Source: Candidatus Omnitrophota bacterium
Lineage (GTDB): Bacteria; Omnitrophota; Gorgyraeia; Gygaellales; JAQTUX01
Direction: 5' to 3'
Assembly: GCA_028707125.1 (NCBI GenBank)
Contig: JAQTUX010000002.1
Span: 433,872-497,871 of the forward strand
Length of the DNA: 64,000 bases
The notes below the pieces were generated by a model. That model worked only from the letters and a program-made list of their open reading frames with translations, made no database searches and had not been told where the DNA came from. The position numbers and the translations under genes are program-made. Shown here piece after piece: positions 24,001 through 36,000 of this stretch; within the stretch, counting starts at the first letter, position 1; each line of letters begins with the position of its first letter.

Positions 24001-27000
24001 ATTTGCGCAGTTCCCAGAATCTCCAGTTTTCATCCGGCAGGCCTTTTGTATCAATGCCTTTGCCGTCCGCGGTCCTGATCATCCTTCCTATCTCTGCGTC
24101 GCTGTATATGTAAGGCCCGGCGCTTGTCAGCATAAGCAGGTGATTCTCTTCAAGGGCCCCGATTGCCGCGCTGCCCGTATCCGCTACCGGCCTCCAGGCC
24201 CTGCCTAAAGCCCCCCTTGGCCTGCCGCCTTCGTCAAAATACAGCACACCCTGCGCCCGGCCGGTGAGGGGATTGACCTGCGCGCTGCCCGGGGCGATCT
24301 GCCACAAGACATCCAGACCCTTCTTGTCCAAAGCAATATTGACATGACTGCCCGGTTCAACAAGTGAATGGTCAGCGATCGCTTCCTGCGCTCTCGCGAT
24401 GTCCTTCTGCGCGTTAAGCGACATATTGGAAAGGATATCGCCTATAGAAAGCTGCAAGCCATAGGCGTCTTCGGGAATATTGCTTGCAAGGTTACGCAGG
24501 TCTTTCATATCTTCGGGAATACTGTTGATCAATTCCTTTTGTTTCTGCGAAGCGGCATCCTTCTTGCCCGTATTGATATAAGCCAATAACTCCATAAATC
24601 CCTGCTGCACTCCGGGAAGGACCTTATCCAATTTTTCTTTTTTCTGTTCGGCGTATTTCAGGTCACCCTTGAGCTGGGCATTCCCGATCTCTATGGCCCT
24701 GGCCTGGTCCTGTGCCGTGTATTCCCCTTTTACCGGGAAGATGCCGTTTCGGGCCTCCCATTCACTTTGCGCGGTGCGGGCAGAGGCGATGGCCTGCGCG
24801 GATACCTGCTGGCCGCTGATCAGGTCCCAGCCCCTTCCCAAACTGTCTACGATTATGTTCCCGTAATTGTCTGTAACACGCGCCTCTTCCGCGCCATTCT
24901 TCAGTACGATAGCGGGCTTGCCTTCTGTGGCCTTATCATCCACGACCAATAATATGCCGCTGCCGGGCGCGCCCAATTCCCTTGAGACAAAATACTTTTC
25001 ATTATTGACAAAGGTTACCAGGCCCATCCCGTTCTCGCCGGACTCAAGGGAGGTGCCCGCGGGGACCGCCTGATTGAGCGCGGCAAGGTAAGGATCAAGC
25101 GGTATGGAATTGACGAGCGCCTTGCTGAGCGCTGCTATGGCAGTGGGCAGGGCCGTCCCGGACGGAGCCAAGGCCGCCTTTAATTGCGCCGCGAGGGCAA
25201 CGCCGTCGGCGTCTCCGTATAACTTGAATAACTCCTCTGCCTTATTTATGTTCTGCAGAGCGACGTCATTTTTGCCGTTATTGTAATTGTATAAAGCCAG
25301 ATTGTAGAAATTATCAGCCAGGCCTATTACATTCCTGCCGGTATCGTAGGCGTTGTCCGCGCGCGTCTGCGCGTCCGCGTACCTGCCTACCTTAAGATAA
25401 TACTGCGTTAACTGTTCATCAACGATCGCCTGCGGGGCAAATGCCTCGCCTACGATGCTCTTAAGCTTATCCTTATCGCCTGCCGCCAATTCCTTGTATT
25501 TGCCCCAAGTTATCTCCTGGGATTTATCCGGCCCGAACTTTAACACGGCATCCTTGGAATATTCCACGAGATAGGTCAGGTCAGATATCTCAAGGGTGTC
25601 GGTGTTTACTATGAACGCGTGGTCCCACTTGCCGTCCTTGTCCATATCGCCGTATGCCAGGCGCAAAGGTATGCCCAATTTAACGGCTATCGCCGCGCCC
25701 TCGGCGTTAAAGTTAACGCAGGGGCCGAGCATCTCCTGCTTGAGCTTGTCGTTATATTTCATCTCGGTGAAGATGAAGCTTACCAGTTTGCTGTCATTAT
25801 CCACTTCAGCCCTGAGGTTCTCAACATTAAGTTCTCCTCTGGCCTTCAACTCGTCTATCTTGTCATAGACCGGCTTTGATTCCGCCGCGCCTATCCTCTG
25901 TATGGCCGGCTCATTGGCGATCAAAGGAAGCAGGACATCCAGGACCTTGCCTATGACCCTTTCAGGCAGGACAAATTCCGCTTTTAAGGGGCTTTCATCC
26001 AGATTGGTAAATCTGGCTGTGAAGGGGCTGCTCAATTCCGATATGGTTCCGTCCAAACTTATGGACCCGACTCCGGATATGGCATTTCCGTCAACGCCGA
26101 TCCTGTCCTTGACCTCCCATGCATCAACCACTGCTTTTGAAGGAAGGCCTACTCTTGTCATGCCTGTAACCTCTACCTTACCTTCGGCGTTGGTGTAGAG
26201 TTTTGACCCATCCTTTATAACATCAAGATAGGCGTCTATTGTGTCCGCGCCCTCGGCATCCTTGCCTTTACCTATATTATATGTAAGCGCCAGCTCCTCT
26301 GCCCTGTATCCGCCCACGTTCACCGTGCCGTCCTTTGCCTTGAATACGTGCAGGATGAGCTGGCCCAGATCATCCGTGCTCTTCAGATGATGTATACCGG
26401 TGAAATAGGACAATTGCCCGTTCTCGTTAAAATATATGTTTGAGCCGTTGGCAGCCAAGAGGTCTGCGGTAGGAAGCCCTAAAGGACTGACGGCCTTCGC
26501 GTATACAGTGTTATCTCCGGCGTTATTCAACAGCTTGAGCCCCTGCGTATCCTGGGATATGGAGCCGTTCAGCAGGCCGCTGAGGTTGACATTCAACCAC
26601 TGGTCTTTACCCATAAGCATGCCGTTGGCGGTGTCCCTTACCATCTCCACCTCGTGGAAATTGGTCTTGGCCTTATGAAGGGCATCATATTCCGCGTCAA
26701 AGGCCTGCCTCAATTCAGCCGGCTTATCGGCAATACCCGCCCTGGCATCCGCCACATCATTGACGAGCTTGGCAAGCTCTGTCTTCTGGTTCTTTACATG
26801 TTCAAGGTATGCTTCATCCATTTCCTCCACGGACAGATCCTTGTGCTCTGCTTCAAACTTGCTCCTTGCCTCCCTGTCTGATTCAGCGATGTTCTGGAAT
26901 ATGTCCTGCACAACGGCAAGGGTCAGCCTGTCATTTGCCATCTGCGCGGGCGGCAGGAAAGGAGCCAGGCCCTGCGGCTTCAACCTCAACATACCCACCT

Positions 27001-30000
27001 CTGAATCAGGCCCGTATCCGGGTATATCCTTGAAATCCAGGGCAAACGGCACATCCACCGTGCCCGCGTCGCTCATATCGCTATAAGTGCTTGAGCCGGA
27101 GAGTTTCACGCTGTCCTTCACCACGCCGTTATACAACCGCCCGTCCCTGCCCATGACAAACTCTTTGGCGATCGCGTCTACGCGCTGCGCTACGTTGTGA
27201 TAGTTACCCTGCTCATCAATGTAGTCCTCAGACACAAGCAGGCCTTCCGTACCCTGCTTTTCCAGCGATAACCGCCCGGAATATAGATCGATCCTTCCGT
27301 CTTTGAAATACACGGTCTTGTCTTCAGCCACTACTGCGTTCCCTGCCTGTTTGCCCTGAGGGTCAACAAGCCGTATAAGCGCGGCATCGGCTCCGGTGGT
27401 GTTCTTCATAATCAGGCCGGTGGTATCCTGATAAGCGCGCGCGTTGAACTCCGTGGAGAAATCCAGGACGATCCTCTGGCCTGAAGCAACCATGCCGTCA
27501 GGCCCGCTCTGGGGATACAGATAATGGATGTTCCTGCGGTCGGCGTCCGAAACAGGAAGCCCCATGCCATAGACCATATGGTATGTGTCGCTATACGCCG
27601 CGAAGGCGGCATCCTTGTTGGCATTGAATTCCTCGTCGCTGCCAAACATTATTTTATTCATAAGTTGAGGGTGGCTTTCCCACATCCCGCTGAAGACCGC
27701 CTCATCCATGCTCACTGCCCCGGCTGAATTACCGGAATTCAAGCTAAGCAGGTTCATCGCGTTCTGGGCCAGCGCCTTTTTCTTGTCAGGATTCTTCAGT
27801 ATCTCCTCTTTCTCCTGATCGGAAAGATTCCTGAAATTCTCGATCAACTGATTGCGGGACTCTTCTATTCTCTGTTTACCCTCTTCAAACGCCTTCTGCT
27901 GGTCTGACTGCACCAGCTGCTCCGGAGGCGTAAACCTGGAAAGGTCGGAATCAACTAATTCAAGCTTACCCTGGTGTCTTACCGGCTCGCCGTTCTTATT
28001 CAACCGCTCAACCGCGGCTACGGCCGCCGTCCTTAAGAATTTCTGTTCGCTGATATTTTTACCGTCATATATCCTGCGCTCCGGTGAGACCAGAGAATTA
28101 TCAAGGTCAACGTCAAGATAAACCCTTCCGTCAATACCTATATTAAATGTATGCGTGAGTTTCGGCGCGGGAGTGCCGGCGGCAATAAGACCGCCGTCTG
28201 GATCATACGAGATATCGTTTATGTTGTAAACTTCTCCAGGTATTGCCGTGATCGAGCTTTCCGCGTCAGGCCTGAATCCGGCATAGCCGCCCTCCGCGTC
28301 AAAATACAGCTCTTCGCCTGTCTTGTTGGCGATGTGTTTGCCGTTCTCATCAACGATCTTTATGTAATGGGAATTGCCCAGCGTGAGCTTGCTGGTATTC
28401 TGCGATAACTGCGCGCTGAATGGCGTAATCAATGTGGACAACAGCGACTGCCCGCTCACCATGCCGTCTTTCAACGGGCTGAGCTTATGATTATCCTTGA
28501 AGCGTTCGGCATAGGCAACAGCCAATTGCTCCAGTATCTTCTGGCCGTCCTGCTTATCAGGCGCTGACCTGACCTCGCCGGGTATGCCGCTGTCCTCGGC
28601 TATCTTGTTTAACTCTTCTAATTCCGTCGCCGGGCCTTTGGCAGTGCTTTTAGCGGATGCCTCTACATTATCGTAGAACTTCTTAAGGTCGGAGAAGCTG
28701 GTCAGGACCGGCGGGACGTAAGCCATATCGCCCATTTTCTCCAAGAGGATGCTGCCTATCTTTGCTTCACCTATCTGCTGCTCTATCCTCTTGTAGGAAT
28801 CGAACGTGGTTTGGCCTGTCTCGATCTTGCCGTCTTTCTGTGCAGCCCAGTAAAAGTTATTATCGTATAATTCTACGCCTTCGTCGACAGAAACGTATTG
28901 CTGCGCGTCGGGGCCGCTGCCGGAGAACTCAAAGGTAAAGGGCAATCCTTTGACTTTGTATCCGCCGAAGGTAGGCAGCCCATTCGTGGTATAGCTATGG
29001 CCGACGATCCTTCCTTTGGGAGAAAACTCCTCAAACCTGCCTGTGCCGGAGAAGAAACTGCCATTTTCATCAAAATACGCCTCCTGCATAGTGCCGTCGG
29101 CAAGCGTACCCTCGGACATAGCAATACTACCCACATTATGAATCTTGCTGTTATCCTCAACAGTTATTAAAGTAAGGAAATCATCCAGCGGCCCGCTGAT
29201 ACTGGCGTACCTCATATTGCGCTGGTCTAAGGACATTGAGCCGGAGAACAGGGTGCTTAAACTGTCTATTTTTACGCGCTGGCCTATCGCCTTGTTACCT
29301 ATGGCAGTAACGAGGTAATCGCCGGCAGCTGCCTTCTCAACGTCGGCACTTGTGGTGGTAGGCGTGGCCTTGCCTGCCTGCTCAAGTTGGTCCTTAAGCC
29401 CCTGCTCAACGCCGGGCACAACAGAACCGACAACAGGTAGACGGGTCATCTTATCGTCGATGTTTCTTGAAACAAAGGTTAAGTCTCCTTCTTTGATCCC
29501 GTCGCCAGGTTTAACCGAACCGATTGAGGCGGCAACATCGTGCCAACCCTCTGCGTCAAGGTATCTGTCCAACCCTTCTGCCTTCCTGAAGAACGGCCTG
29601 CCTTGATCGCCTTTTTCCCACTCAAGCCGGGCGACCTTTGTCTTGCCCTCTATGCCGTCAACCGGGTCTTTTAAGACAACACTCACCTGTTGGCCGTCAA
29701 AGGCCTTATAACCCTGTATCTTGTAATCAGTGGCGTTGCCATATTTATCGAAGGTAACGCTGTTGGAGCCGCCAAGGTAGTTAAAGCCGTTATATACCCC
29801 GTCCGATCCCTGCTGGATAGCAGGCATAAACGGATGCTGACTGTCAAAACCCTCTAAACTGACCCGCGCGTTGCGAAAAGCCGGAGAAAAATCTATCTGC
29901 CCCAGCGAATAGTTGCCGGTTGTATCTGTAAATGCCAGTTTCGGGTCGTATTCAATGCCCAATTCAGGGCTGCCTTTCGTCACCTCATAAATGGTGTCCC

Positions 30001-33000
30001 TGAACCTCCTTAAGGAATAAAGCCTGTCTGCAAGCTCCGGCAGCTCGCTGCCTCCGGATGAATCTTCCGGCACAACCTGCGGCTGAAGATAGAGCTTGCC
30101 GTTATTGGCGTTATCGTTATCTGTATAAGAAAGCTCCTTGGGCCCAAGCGCAACCCTCCCCTCTGCCTTCTGAATATCTTCCAGAGGATTGCCGGCCGCA
30201 TCGTAGGCGCGCTGATACCTGGTAGCCCTGCCGTCCACTACCTGCTTTCCATACTGCCAGTCCCCTCCTGCTTTTGCAGATGCCACCGTGCCCCAGCCGT
30301 GAGAGCCCTCTTCAGGCACTATCGCGCTGATCAGCCGTTCATTGATATTGCTTCCTGTCAGCCCCGTATTTATCGCCGCGGCCTGCTGTTTATATGCTAC
30401 TGTGGAATACATATCGGGCCTGGTGGAAGGGCTAAGCAGGCCGTTGGATAATACCCTGTTCCCCTTGAGATTCCAATAATCTATGCCGTTTATTCTTATG
30501 GCTGTTTCAAAATCCTCTTCAACAAGGCCTATGCCGCCGCTAAAGGTCAGGTTGTTAGAGCTGACCAGCGTTCCCGGCGTCTCGCTGAGCAGGAAATACG
30601 CCTTGTTTGCCGGCCCGGCTATAATATCAAGTTTGCGGCTGACAAACCTTATAACGCCCTCATCGGACATAAGGCTTAAGTCCGAATCCGACAGGCGCGT
30701 GGATATGGGGAGCATATCCTGCGGCAGGGCTGATGCGCCTATGTCGCCTCCCAGCCCGGACGCGGACGCTGCCTTTGCCTCTATCGTGGCTTCCAGGCAA
30801 TCGCTTTCCTCAAATTGGACCGCTAATTTATCATTGCTGTGCATAACGTCGCGCTCAACACCGGCGCCATCAACAAGCTTCATTGAATCCGCCTGAAGCA
30901 GGTCATTGGATACGAAATACGCGGAAAGCCCGGGGTCCTGCGCTAATTCATCCTGCCCCCGCTTCCTCAGGTCAAATTCTAACGTAGTAACATCCGTCAT
31001 ACGCAGCGTAAAGGGCTCCCTTGCTCTCAGGACATTAAAGGATGTATCCAGCCGCTCAACACCCGCGTCTTTGTGCGTGCTGTAGCCGAAATAAGATATG
31101 GGATTTTTGCTATCGTGCGGCATAAACGGCGTGACAGAATAATCCGCGTTAACGAAGCTCACGGCGTTACCCAATAACATATCACGCTTATCTTCTATCG
31201 CGTTGCCTGACGCGTCTATCTGCGCGATCGTCTGCGTATTCGCATCTTTCAGGTTGCCGGGCAGAGTGTAACCGGCTAAATTACCTGCCGGTGTAGCGGC
31301 AGCAGCGTCAAACGCGGGCGAATGGACCACGGACCCGGGCGCCACCACGAGGCGGATATCCACATCCCTGGTCAATTCGGCTAAATCGCCTGCCTGTCCT
31401 GCCCCCGCAAATGTGGTCTTACCCTCAATAAGGTCCAATCCCGGCGCGTCGTCCCTCTGACGGGCGCTGAATTCAGAGGCGCCTATAAGGCCTGTCAGGC
31501 CGCCCAGCTTCACGTCGGCCTTGCTGCTGATCGCGGTTTCTCCGTTGACATATGCCACGGCATAGGGCTGGCTGCCTGAGAAGCCGACCTGCATCAGGCC
31601 CTCTGCCGGCTTAAGCGACTTCGAACCAACAGAAGTGGTTATGGTTACAGGGACCGGCACCTCCTGTCCGCCCATATACGGCGTCGCGGCCAGGAATGAT
31701 TCTCTCCCTTTCTCGGGGGCGAACCCAACGGCATAAATGCTGTCTTTAATGCCTAACGACTGCGCCAAGCCTTCTGCGCCGCTCTCAAGCATGCGAAAGC
31801 CCTTTGTGATCTCCCGCTCATAGTGGCTTAAATTAGCTTCCTTGACCAACTGCTTCGCCTCTTCAGCGCTGTTGACCGCCTGATTGGCATACACCCGCGC
31901 TCCGTCAATCAAGCCCGTATATGTGCTGAGATTGCCGGTCTGGGTAAAATAATACTGAGCCGGCGACGAAGGCATATTGACCTGCCAGGTCATGGCAGAT
32001 GCGTCAAATCCGGCAGGACGGGTGATCGTGCCTGATACGCCGGAGGCATTGACAAAGTTCAAAGGATGCGCTGTTACATAAGCGTTGAAACTGACGCCCA
32101 AGGCCGAAAGTGTGGTGCCGGAAAATTCCACCGCGCCTGTAATGCCCTGTTTGGCTGAATCAACTACATTGATGCCTGCACGCGCGAAATTTTCTATGAC
32201 CTCGCGCACGCCTTCCTTAAAATCGCCGTATTTCTTCAAGTTAGCGAAAGAAGTCAATCCCGAACCTAAAAGCGCCATGTCCAGGCGGCTGCCGCCTTCA
32301 TAAGCGCTCTGATACATCGCCTGTATAAGCGCGGCCCCTTGCTGCTCATGCAGAGAGGCAGCGGGCTGAGCAGAGCGATCATCCATCATAACCGCGCCGA
32401 TTATATTATTCGCGCCGTCTTTGCTGCGCCACAACGCCTTGACTATATCGGCGTCGGTATTTCCTGCCGAGGCCTCTAATGAAGAAATGTCGGAAGGCAA
32501 AGCGGGGATATCTGAGAGAGGTATCTCTTTCTTGAACTCCTCGCCGGTGGCTGAGAGCGTCCCAGTGATGATAATACCTTTGTTATCCTCTTTAACATTC
32601 CACTCGCTCAACGCGGGAGTAGAGAACTTCCCGGGCAGGATAAAGGATATATCGGCGCCTTTAGCCCCTTTGGCCAGACGGTCAAAATAGGCTCCGACCG
32701 CGGCGCCGCCCTTATTGAACGCCTCGGGCAGGTTTGTTCCGAATAATGTCTGGATGCCTGACTTGATGTCAAAATACAGGTTACTTTCACCCTCTGTTAC
32801 CTTCCATTTCAGGGCATCCCCTTCCTTAAATACCGCGATATTGCCGATCTTGCCTTCCTGCTTATCTCCCAGGACACTCTTTATTATGCCGCGGTCTTCC
32901 AGGCCGAGAATGACATCCCTTGAGCCGTCTTCAGGCCCAAGCGTGATCTTTAAGAGCGAGCCGTCGTCGCTGACGCCTAACTTATGCGGGTTGCCTCCGT

Positions 33001-36000
33001 CAATACTGACCGTGCCCTTTACCGAAGCAGGGTCTATTGTCGCCTTGCCGTTAATATCGTATGCCGCCTCCCAGTAGGCACCCGAAAATTCCATGTTACG
33101 CGTCTTTAGCTTTCCGTCGGTATCCTTTACCTGATAATCCAATGATGTTGAAACCGGCGCCTCGGGGGTGGCGATCATAGGATCAATAAAGGTTATCGCG
33201 CCCTTGTGGGTCTTCACGTAATCCTGCTTGTTATCTACGCGGGACTGGAATTTATATCCCCAGGCGTTCAATGTAGCCCCTTCCTTGAAGTTAACCCTGG
33301 TATTGTCGCGGAAAGTAGTCGAGTAATCGAAACCGGGAGCTGATGTCGAACTCATCAGGGATATCGGATTGAACAGCACATAACCGTCTTTCTGGAAACG
33401 ATGGCTGTTGCCATCAAAATAAAGTATGTTCTCCGCGCTGCCTAAGTTTTTCTCTCCCTTAAGGTCGGTAAAATACGGCTGGGCATCTGTCTGGACCTTT
33501 GGAACGCCGTTAACGGCTAAATTGTCTTCATCGTTAAACTCAATCTGCCTTCTGTCAGCGCCTTCAACGAAGTAACTCTGGGCGATAACCGACTTAAGTT
33601 CATTGGCATTGTTTATTGCCTTACCTGCCTCTACCGGCCGCGCCAGCATCAAATTGTCCGTTGTTGTCTTGAACGGCTCTAATTTCTTAAGTTCAATATC
33701 CTGCGCGTTGCCGTTATTGTCAAACTGTGTCGTAAAATCGGCCTTGATGTCCGCGCTGGCAAACTCTGCCACCTTGCCGTCATTTATCTTAAAGGACAAC
33801 GCGTTCATGGCAAATCTGTCCTCTAAGAGGTTCTTTCCTGAACCGCCCACAAGCCTCTTGGTAAAGGTGGTATCTCCGTTCCATTTGTTTATGCGCTCAA
33901 TGTCAAGGGAAGCTACGGCGTTGCCGGCAACGGCTATCTCGCCTGTGGCATGGTAAAGCGCCTTGAAATTATCTTCGGGCTGGATCCTGAGGGAACCGAA
34001 AGGTATGCCTTCTTTAGGGGCGTTCCTAAAACTAAGATCTATGTTGTTCCTGTGAAGCGTGCCGCTCCAGTCAACGTTCCAGCCGTAGCGCGGGTCATGA
34101 GGCACCTGGACCAGTATGCTCGCTCCGGCAGCCGGGGTGAATTCCGTATTGTCGGCCTTGTAATCTTCAACAGCGGCGTTGCGCACAACCTTACTTAATT
34201 CCGCGGGAATTTCAGTAGTGGCTGTCTGGTTCTTGTTGACCGCCCTCTCCTTTCTTTGCGCCCACTTGTTATCAATCTTTGCCAGATAGCCGGCGGCCTC
34301 ATACTGTTTATCCGGCAAGGCCGATATGGAGACCAATTCGGGAGGCAGCTTGGCGATTATACCGTCTTTTATAAAGGATTGGGGAATATCAACGGCAGGC
34401 ACAGGCACCTCTCCTGTCATATCCAGGGTTAATTCCAAATAAGGCGGCTCGCTGGAATCCTTAAGGCGCATGTCCAGCATTTTAAGTTCGCCGTTTAATT
34501 CAAAGGGGCGCGTGCCTGTGGCCAGGTCATGCTTCTCTTTAAGATATATATCCTTGAAAATATTCTTTCCCTGTTTAACCTCACCCTGGCGGAAATAGCT
34601 GCTTTCAAAACCGCCGTACACTATGCGGTCTGCCGCCTTATTGTAGGCGATGGTAAAATTCTGCCCCGGCAGCTCTCTATGTATATTCTGACCGACCAGT
34701 AAGTTGTTCTTACCGGTTATGTTATCAACGATGCCGATGATACCCTGGGTGAGCACTCTTTCGCCCTCGGGATTGATCACGTATCCTCCCAGATCCCTGC
34801 CATTCTCATAACTATGCTGATGCACGATCTGCTTGCCAAGTATCATCTCATGTCTGAGCCCCTCTGATACATTGATGCCGCCGAAGGGAGTGGTCGGCCC
34901 GATCACGGCGTTAACGCGCATCCTGTTGTCTCTTCCGTTGCCTTCAAATATAGCAAAGTCGCCCTTGCTGTTGGGGATCATATTGATCTTATCGGACTTA
35001 GCTATCGTTTCATAGTCGGCAGGCACGTTGGGCTTATTAGCGGCGCCATAGCTTGCAATGTGGCGCTGAAGATCCCTCACCGCTGCCTGGTGCTCAAAGG
35101 GGTCGGAATATGCCGGGTCAAGTTTTACGATGTCTCCTTTCCAATTACTGTCAAGCGCCGCGGCTTGCAGGGTATTCTTATCAGCCGTGTCCGCGGCAAC
35201 GAAGTTCTGAGGAAGAATGTTCAGATCGCTTACGTGCGCGCCGATGCCGTTACTGAGGACAAAATCGCTGGCGGCCTGGCCTCTCTCATTCCATGTTTCA
35301 ACCCCTAATATCTCACCTGTCTTGATCAACCCGGGTATGGCATTCTTCTTTCCATCTAATGCCTTCCAGCTATACTGGGCGCGGCCCGCGGGCAGGATGT
35401 CTTTGCTTTCTCCGGGAATTATAGTATCAAACATCTTGCTGAAGAAAGACCGCTTGATATCGCTGTCCCGGTTGGGATCTCCATCCAGGAGTTTCCCGTT
35501 CTTGTCAAATAATACGCCGCCGTTGCCGCCGAATGAAAACACCCAGCTGCTGTCCGGCCTGACCAGTTTTTGATCTATCTTGGAAGATATGTTTTCGGGG
35601 ATTATTATTGATTTATCCTCATACTGGAAGCCGCGGTGCTCGGTTATGCCGCCCTTGTGCATTTTTATCGCGCCGGCTATGACCTCTTTGAACGAGCCGT
35701 CCGGGTTGAAAAGCACGGAACCGCTGCTTGGGCCCCAGATACTGTTACCCACAACGCGCCTTACGTTCCCCGCGTCAGACCAGGCCCATTTCTGCTGATC
35801 TATGTCCCAGGCCTTCTGCCGGGACATATCCAAAAGGAAAGAACCGCCTTTATCCGTATCAAAACGGTGGTATATTATCTTTTCAGGCAAGATGCCTGTC
35901 TGGGACAGGCCCGCGTGCAATGTCTGTGTAAGTATGCCGGAAGCCGATGAACTCAAGGTCGTGCCGGTATATTTTGCCCAGCCGCTGAAGGCGTTTGGCA